From Octopus vulgaris (taxonomy: Eukaryota): a stretch of DNA of 64,000 nt. The stretch spans positions 46,686,001 through 46,750,000 of the forward strand of contig OX597830.1 of the NCBI GenBank assembly GCA_951406725.2, given 5' to 3'. The translations under genes were made by a program, and so were the position numbers. Below, piece after piece: positions 55,918 to 64,000 of this stretch. How positions within the stretch are numbered: the stretch's first letter is position 1; each line of letters starts with the position of its first letter. The notes beneath the pieces were generated by a model, which saw nothing but the letters and a program-made list of their open reading frames with translations, was not told where the DNA came from and searched no databases.

Positions 55918-56539
55918 GCACATAAATATATACGTACATAGATGCATAGATACGCACCCCTCTACGTATATACATGCATACGCAGGCGCATACATATACA
56001 TACCCACATGGTGTGGCTATTCGTCCGAATGGCTTGAGTCGATCCTGTGCCCTTCGCAGTGTTTCCGAAACCCAGCTGTACACAGAAAGACGTGGTTGAT
56101 ATTCCCCCCTCAAAAGTTTGTATCTGGAAGCTGATATGGTTTATCAATGGTATCCATCAATGGGTTTAACGGTGATGGAAACTGTGATGTCAATGCCTCT
56201 TTTATACACATGACTGACACAAGCACGTGGAAAAAAAATGCTATCGGAAACCTAATCGGAAATCGAAACCGGGTTTTCGCGTTCAATTTTCAAAAAAGGT
56301 TAGTTCTATTCTCCGCTGATATTGGATCGTTCGGTCGATAATGAAAGTTTCATCTTCATGTTGCGTGTCTGAGGAAAGTGTGTCATGATTCCTTCTCCAA
56401 GCTAGTGAAATATTTAACCTTAATACACCCGAACCAGTCAGAAAGAGACTCTCTCTATGCAGTTGTTCCATTTGCTAGGAATAGCAGCCAAATCTCTCAA
56501 CAAGACTACAGTGTTAACAAAGAAAGAGAAATACTGATT

Positions 56540-56732
56540 TCAAATGCTGGCACAAGGCCTGCAATTTCGTGGTGGGGAGGGGGTACTTAGGGAGTGCTCA
56601 GTTGGTACTTATTTTATCGATCCCCAAAATGATGAAAGGTTAAGACGACCTCGGAGGAATTTGTGCTCAGAAAGTAAAGACGGATGAAATGTCACTAAGC
56701 ATTTCGTCCGGCGTGCTAACGATTCTGCCAGT
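56540..56732 (-). mobile_element. Degenerate SINE family B
   Basis: GGTACTTATTTTATCGA...GACCTCGG...CGTGCTAACGATTCTGCCAG. Confidence 0.75.
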
Positions 56733-57099
56733 TTAATGGAGAAAGAAATATTTTAGATAATGTAGTAATAGACACTCCTAAACTGCTAGGATGGCCACGG
56801 CTCTAATCTTTCGATCATAGTTCTGCTCGTTCTTTCCCTCCTAAGGAACAACAACCACAAACAAACACAATACAGTAAGCTGATGAAGCCCTGAGTTAAA
56901 CAATTTCACTCAGTTAAACAAGTGGATAACTGAGCGTTATGTGTATGAGGCCTTGTATGAAGCTCAGTCCTTCCGACGAAATGAGCCAAATCATATATAT
57001 GTGTGTATGTATGTATACGTATATATGTGTACGTGCGCGCGTACGTATGTATATGTATTCCCATATATCTATATCTATATCCATATCTACCTCTCCATA

Positions 57100-57378
57100 T
57101 ATACTGGGTGCTGTGAATATATTGTCGTCTGAATTACGCAAAAATGAAAATAACAGTGACATCACATTTTCAACTGATATATTTACCAAAATTACATAAA
57201 AATATCTTGAAATACTAAACAGTAATTTTTTTCAAGAAAATCGCCATTGGCTTCAACTACAGCTTCCAGACAACTTCGGAATCTCCTGCCACTCTTCTGG
57301 ACGGTCTCCTTGATTAAGTTGGTCAATGCTGCCATAATCCTTGCCTTCATGTATATATATGCTGCCATAATCCTTGCC

Positions 57379-57380
<2 letters not shown>
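57100..57380 (-). mobile_element. Tc1/mariner 3' terminal fragment
   Basis: KARIMAALTNL...RRFRSCLEAVVEANGDFLE C-terminal motif, ending CACCCAG-TA. Confidence 0.65.
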
Positions 57381-57466
<86 letters not shown>

Positions 57467-57841
57467 GTGTGTGTGTATGTATATATATAAATAAATAAAA
57501 TGTAGAGCATTCTTGTTTGTCTCCACTGAACTAAATAAAAAAACCCTCCCCATTGATAAATCTAAATAACAAAGTGAACTCAGTGATAAAAAATCTGCCC
57601 ATGGAGAAGGACCTTCTACTGCCATGTTCTTAATGATGAAATTAAGCTCTCTGTCTATATATCTACCATCTTTGTAATGTTGGCAAATGGAACATTGTCT
57701 ATTTAATTAAAAAATTCTATATGTGGCTGAAAAGTGCTCTACATTTTAAAACTGATGTAATACTTACATTATTTAATTAAATGAAGTAGCATGAAACGAT
57801 TGTACTACACTACCTTGGATATCCTTGTTGCTTATTTTGAT

Positions 57842-57918
<77 letters not shown>

Positions 57919-58066
57919 ATACATGCATAAACGTGCGCGCGCGAGTCTGCGTGGAGACGTACATTCATACATTTCAGTTACGTATTTGGCAAGATTTTCC
58001 ATTTGAAAACATATGTTACAGGAGAAATTATTGCAGTCTGGCGCTATTAGATTTACAGTTCATTTC

Positions 58067-58182
<116 letters not shown>

Positions 58183-59586
58183 CTCTTACAGTGTTGTTAA
58201 CTCTCTGAGTTAGGAAAGAATCTTGTTATTCACAATGGACTGCTTTATCAATGAGCAGGTCAGAGACATCCGACGGAAGACATTGATCAAATTAACTTGA
58301 TGATGGAGCGAAATAATGAAATTTGTGGTGTGTGACTTATAAATGAAGTACCTACGTGACTACAAAAGGATAGAACATCAGACATCAGCACTGTTGTCTG
58401 TAATACTAAGTCCGACTTGCTTATATTTTTTAACGACGGTGAGGGACAAGAAATGTGTTATAGCAAGGTGTAAAGGCAATAACAAGACGGTTTGGTGTGT
58501 CACCATCTTCAGATGCTGTCTTCAAAATATCAGAGATTTGAACATATAGCATCGGGGACTGAAGCTAAATACTGAAAGGAATTTTAATGGCCTGCTCTAT
58601 ACTTTCTGCATTTAGCTAATCTTCAAGTATACGTATATATTATATAATATATAAGCCAAGAAGTTATATAATGTAAAAGCTCTTATGTAATATAATAATG
58701 TATATTATAGCATGTTATACATGAAGAGATAAAACCATTAAATAATAGTAAAAATAAAACTCAAAAGCTCCACTTGTTTTTAATCAATGATTAATAAACA
58801 GTTAGTTATTGATTTACAATAGTTTGAATGTGTGAAAGACAGACTGCAGATTATTTATATATATGTATATGTATGTGAATGTATATTTATGAAATAAACG
58901 AAATCTCATATATATGGAAAACGAAATACGATAAAAATTCATTTACACACGTCGCTACAGTGCAACATTATTTTGCTTTTATTTAGGCGACTCTACGCTT
59001 ATACATTAAAGTATTGACTTATTATTCAGGCAAAAACGTTCTTTTGTTTTATTCATTAAGTTTTTGGTTTAATATTTGGTCAATAATAATTATGTAATAA
59101 AATAAATGTTGGGAAGTGAAACCAGCAAATGTAAGCTTATATGCAAATCTATATATAGATTATTTAGTTCAGTGTGTTAGTATAATAATCACAGACGCGC
59201 GCGTGCGCGTACATAGATTGGGAAATATTTATTGAAGCTGAAAAAAGTTGAGGATTACAATTTCCAATCAGGAGATTATAACGAGAAACTATTGACATTG
59301 AGTGATGGTGATGATGGTGGTGGTGGTGGTGGGTTTCCGTCGGTTACATTTGACCTATTGAAACATGTTGGTGCAAAGAGAGGTAAGATTTTTTTGAGGA
59401 AGACTGGCTGCAGCCCTTTCATGCCAGTTTGCCCCTCTCTCTACACCACAAATGTTTATCGAAGAGAGACGCCTCTGAATTTGGCCACATCAATGTCGTT
59501 ACAGGTGTTGCAGTCAGAACACATCTGAACCCAGATGCCATATGGCGTAATGATTGCGGCCAATGGATTAACGATTTTGTTTAACT

Positions 59587-60054
59587 ATGTTGAAGTGTGT
59601 TAAACATTAAAAGATATTTTGTACTGTTCACAAAGTTCAATTAGTACTTTCATACGCTTGTAGTAATCATCAGATTTCAAAATGTAGTTAACTGACAGTT
59701 GAGTTTTTGACAACTGTAGTAAAATAACTGACCTCTAGCTTTTTTATATCTTTTAGAAGTCTCCAACAAGGAGAATTTTTCGAATAAGGTTTTGACCAAT
59801 CAACAAGCGTGCGCCCGGTAAACTGTGACGTTTACGCTGCATGCTGATTGGTCAAAACCGTATTCGAAACATTCAGTTTGTTGGAGACATCTAAAAGATA
59901 CAGAAAGGAGGAAATCAATCGTTTAACTACAGTTGTCAAGAGGTCATCTGTCAGTTAAATACATCTTAAAATCTAATGATTACTACAAACGTATGAAAAT
60001 GCTAATTGAACTTTAACATTACAAAATATTTTATTGTTTAACACACTTCAACAT
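59587..60054. mobile_element. ~468-bp imperfect palindrome (foldback/MITE-like)
   Basis: Arms of ~215 bp are reverse complements along their length (ATGTTGAAGTGTGTTAAACA / TGTTTAACACACTTCAACAT; GTTTTGACCAATCA / TGATTGGTCAAAAC). Confidence 0.9.
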
Positions 60055-60157
60055 TGTAAAAAAATAAATAAATGTAATAATAAACAGCGTGAAAACCATA
60101 CCATGTAACTTTATTCAACTGATATATTATTCTATACATATTTACAAAAATTCGGAT

Positions 60158-60203
<46 letters not shown>

Positions 60204-60211
<8 letters not shown>

Positions 60212-60426
60212 ATATTTAGGAATGGTCATTTTGCCAGTTTAGCCAATAAAAACACGCGCACTATATATTTGGTGTTACTTTGCTTCAGTGTTATTTATTT
60301 TTTACATTAATCTTAATCTTATTTCGGCCAGAGTTCTTTTCTTTCGTCACACTCCTGTGACCGCATCAGTGGTCCTTTGTTTATTGGCTAAACTGGCAAA
60401 ATGACCATTCCGAAATATAACAATAT
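60204..60426. mobile_element. Short element with 47-bp inverted termini and an internal hammerhead-like motif
   Basis: 60204-60250 vs 60380-60426 with 1 mismatch. Abuts (TA)n. Confidence 0.8.
60326..60375 (-). ncRNA. Type I hammerhead-like motif with A9C
   Basis: GGACCA-CUGAUGC-G-GUCACA-GGAG-UGUGAC-GAAA-G-aaaagaa-C-UC-UGGCC. Confidence 0.55.
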
Positions 60427-60479
60427 CTGTTTCAACACACGACTTCACATAAAAAATCTTGCACAACAAATATTTAAAC

Positions 60480-60541
<62 letters not shown>

Positions 60542-60692
60542 GTGTGTGTGTGTGTGTGTGCGTGTGTGTATTGTATTGTATCTATGTTGGATAACTTAGA
60601 TATGTTTCGATCAAAGATTGGTCCAGGCCATGTCTAACTTAATAGCACCACCTCATAGGATTTGCTAAATCCTTTTAAAGTTAAGTTTTGTG

Positions 60693-60938
<246 letters not shown>

Positions 60939-61087
60939 AATATAAGAGAGTGGTCACTATATTGCTCACTCTAGCACCAGTTAATCCAAAAGGTTTCAAC
61001 CACGAAAATACATGTTTCCCATGAAAGCCAGTACGACTGTTAGCTCACACGGACAGGGCAAATAAAAAATAACAAAAATACAGATTA

Positions 61088-61169
61088 TTTTGGGACAATT
61101 GTTTCGCTATTAATGAATTAAATGTAATATTACTTACAAAAAAATCCATTTGTAGCTCGTCAGCCAAGA
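61088..61169 (-). ncRNA. Type I hammerhead ribozyme with intact core and long loop II
   Basis: UUGG-CUGACGA-GCUA-(~40 nt AU-rich)-UAGC-GAAA-CAAUUG-UC-CCAA: canonical core, GUC triplet, palindromic helix III. Inside a (TA)n-flanked element at 60933-61346. Confidence 0.8.
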
Positions 61170-61647
61170 CTATCTTGATGAAATCCACTCAATCACACGC
61201 CAGATTTTACCATAACGATAAATACGCGTGTGGTTCAATTGATTACATCCGACGTTATAATTCAAATGCCCCAGCACTAGGCCACTTGGTGTTGAATAAA
61301 TATACTATTAAATTAGTATCTAATTCTCTCACCCTTATTAATTAATTATATATATATATATATATGTGTGTATATATATATATATGTATATATTTGTGTA
61401 TATTATTTGTATATATTAATATATATGTGTGTGTGCATGTGTGTATATATATTATTTCTATACATATATTCTTTTATTCTTTCATTCTTTTATTTCTTTC
61501 AGTCATTTGACTGCGGCCATGCTAGAGCACCGCCCACAATTGAACAAATCGACCGCAGGACTTATTCTTTGCAAGCCTAGTACTTATTCTATCGGTCACT
61601 TTAGCCGAACCTCAACGTTACGGTTGTCAAGAGATGGTGGGGAGACA

Positions 61648-61741
<94 letters not shown>

Positions 61742-61847
61742 CACACACACGCGCGAAAATGCACATTAAGTACAGGACATCACCGACGAGTGAAAAATAC
61801 GCAAGCACACGAGAGATAAGAAGAGGACAAAATAGCAAAGGAAGAGT

Positions 61848-61914
61848 AACTCCTCCTCAGTTGTCCACTCTTTATTTCTTCCTGTTTCGAGCTTTCAACG
61901 ACAAGACAAGAAAA
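61848..61914 (-). ncRNA. Candidate hammerhead ribozyme with non-canonical strand order, copy 2
   Basis: UUUUCUUG-UC-UUGUC-guugaa-AGCUC-GAAA-CAGGAAGA-aauaaagagug-GACAA-CUGAGGA-G-GAGUU. Helix III up to 9 bp, helix I 5 bp, helix II 5 bp, GUC triplet. Confidence 0.72.
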
Positions 61915-62099
61915 CTTCATAAGAAAGTAGCATCCAGTTGGCTGGACACCCATCCCCAAAAGAGACAGAGAAACGGGAATATATATATAAATGTATGTAT
62001 GTGTATGTATGTATTATTGTTGAAGGTGCACTTATTTGCAGACTCAATATGCAACATACCACGTCACTGCAATGACAGTCATCAACCATCTGAACAACA

Positions 62100-62611
62100 A
62101 TCACCACCACCACCACCACCACCACCACCGCCGCCGCTACCACCAAAACCACCACCACCACCACCATCTGCGGCAGCGCCGCCGCCATGAAGATTACGTC
62201 TACGGTTTCTTAACTGGAACATCATTAATCTCACAGCCACTGCAATCATGTCGGTTTAACTCTGCCGTCGTCACCAACACCACCACCTCCACCTTCACTG
62301 CCACCCGCCGCCGCCACCACTACCACCACCTTCACTACTACCACCACCACTCTACTATCACCACCGCCACCGCCTTCACCATGGCCACTGCCGTCACCGC
62401 CACCACCGCCGCCACCGCCGCCACCGCCGCCAGCTCCACATTCACTATCACCACTGCCACCGCCGCCACCATCACTACCACAACTTTCACTACCACCATC
62501 ACTACCACCACCACCACCACCACCACCACCACCACCACCACCACCACCACCACCACCACCACCACCACCACCAGCACCACCAGCACCACCAGCACCACCA
62601 GCACCACCAGC

Positions 62612-62642
<31 letters not shown>

Positions 62643-62698
62643 CCACCACCACCACCACCACCACCACCACCACCACCAGCACCAGCACCAGCACCAGC

Positions 62699-62729
<31 letters not shown>

Positions 62730-62740
62730 CGACCACCAGC
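62100..62740. repeat. (CAC)n/(CGC)n/(CAG)n low-complexity array
   Basis: Read directly. Source of the spurious poly-T/G/V/H ORFs. Confidence 0.95.
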
Positions 62741-63124
62741 CAAATGTATCTGACATGAAATCCCCATTGCTGTGTTGTGTAATCGATAGACGAACATGCT
62801 AACCAGTCGATAGGCAGATAACATGGTAGTATCACATGACGAACTTTGGTGTATCCAGCCTCGCTGAGCAGAAGAGAGTTCTGTTAAAAGGGGAGGGAGG
62901 AGTGGTGAGAGGAGGAAATGTTGGTTGGTGATAGAGAGATGCACCACAAATTGCTTAATTGGAAGCGAATTAATCATTGTGTATATATATATATATATAT
63001 ATATATGCATGTACGTATAGCTACACATGTTTGCGTGTGCGTATGTATATGTGTGTGTGTATGCATATATATATATACATGCATATATGTGTTTGTGTGT
63101 GTATGTACAAACGTGCACACACAC

Positions 63125-63163
<39 letters not shown>

Positions 63164-63479
63164 CATACATATATATATATGTATGTATAGAAATTTATAT
63201 ATTTTTTGTGTGTAAATATTATACAAAATTATGAAATTATGTAATACCATTTCTGCAAAATTCTCCAAGATGTCGCATGAATATGTAAATGCGTAACATG
63301 AATATGGAATTACGTAACATGAATATGGAAATCTGTAAGATTAAACGTTAACAAATATGAGCCGAAGGGAATTGATGTCGATGGGAATCGCCTGTTGAAG
63401 TTATGACGGTTTTTCTTCTCAGTAATATTCTGTTAATATGAATTTTTCACAATGTCACCAGGTCACACATTTGTAGGAC

Positions 63480-63745
63480 AGAGGCTTAGACGTTTCAGTC
63501 AACCATACCATATAACTGTTACTTGTTTTATTGACGCTAGAGGGCAAAAGTGACATCGAAGTCAACCATCGCGGTATTCGAACTAACGGCGTTAAAGGAG
63601 GCGCACTGCCATAATCTTTGAAAGAGGGAATCTTCGATTATATTGGTATCAGTATTTCACTGGTGCCTGTTCTACCCGGTTTGAAAGCGGAAAATAGAAA
63701 TTCGACCACGATTGGATTTGAATTCAAAATGTAAGGAGATCCAAG
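63480..63745 (-). mobile_element. Two very degenerate SINE B-like remnants
   Basis: Residual GGCAAAAG..TCGA and TTCGACCACG..GGATTTGAATTCAAAATGTAA matches. Confidence 0.45.
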
Positions 63746-64000
63746 ATATTTTGTCCTGGAGACTTTCCACCGTTCGATATAACAAATATTATCAAATTAA
63801 ACGTTACTATGGATTTCATTATCCATTCACATGTAGGCAGATTTAAATAAAACAGTTGAGGTCATATTTAAGGTTCATGTATCTCTCTACAGTATTAACG
63901 AGATAATATAAAATGGATTCACTTCAAGTGAGAATCGAAACCTGGTCGCCGAATCATCGTGTTCGCTGAGAAGTCAGTTCTTGCTATACAGGTACTGCCC

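Noticed and set aside
56879-56935. CUGAUGA followed by a CUGAGU/ACUCAG stem
   Set aside because: No GAAA or NUH strand in register.
62036-63268. Long ORFs of 240-340 aa (poly-Thr, poly-Gly, poly-Val)
   Set aside because: Open only because (CAC)n lacks stops in several frames. No domain, splice or codon evidence.

Overview
AT-rich, microsatellite-saturated animal genomic DNA, intronic or intergenic. The repeat landscape (several tRNA-headed SINE families, (TA)n/(CA)n/(TAA)n/(ATCT)n tracts, RTE and R4-like LINE pieces) is typical of an octopus/coleoid cephalopod genome; that assignment is inference. I could not identify any host protein-coding exon, and most listed ORFs are microsatellite artefacts. 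Recognisable coding remnants are all transposon-derived: a near full-length DD34D mariner, a DD40/41D Tc1-mariner nested in a second mariner copy, a decayed hAT transposase, RTE, R4/Dong and APE LINE fragments, and a Penelope-like GIY-YIG 3' end. MITEs, a piggyBac-type MITE, Helitron ends and a 468-bp foldback are also present. The most notable signal is about ten hammerhead-ribozyme (HHR) motifs in short elements next to (TA)n/(CA)n tracts. Two diverged minus-strand copies (21796-21858, 61848-61914) have a complete HHR core and covarying helices I, II and III, but their three strands are in an order matching none of the type I, II or III circular permutations. They are candidates for a pseudoknotted ('scrambled') hammerhead architecture. 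All structures were folded by eye and need computational and experimental confirmation.
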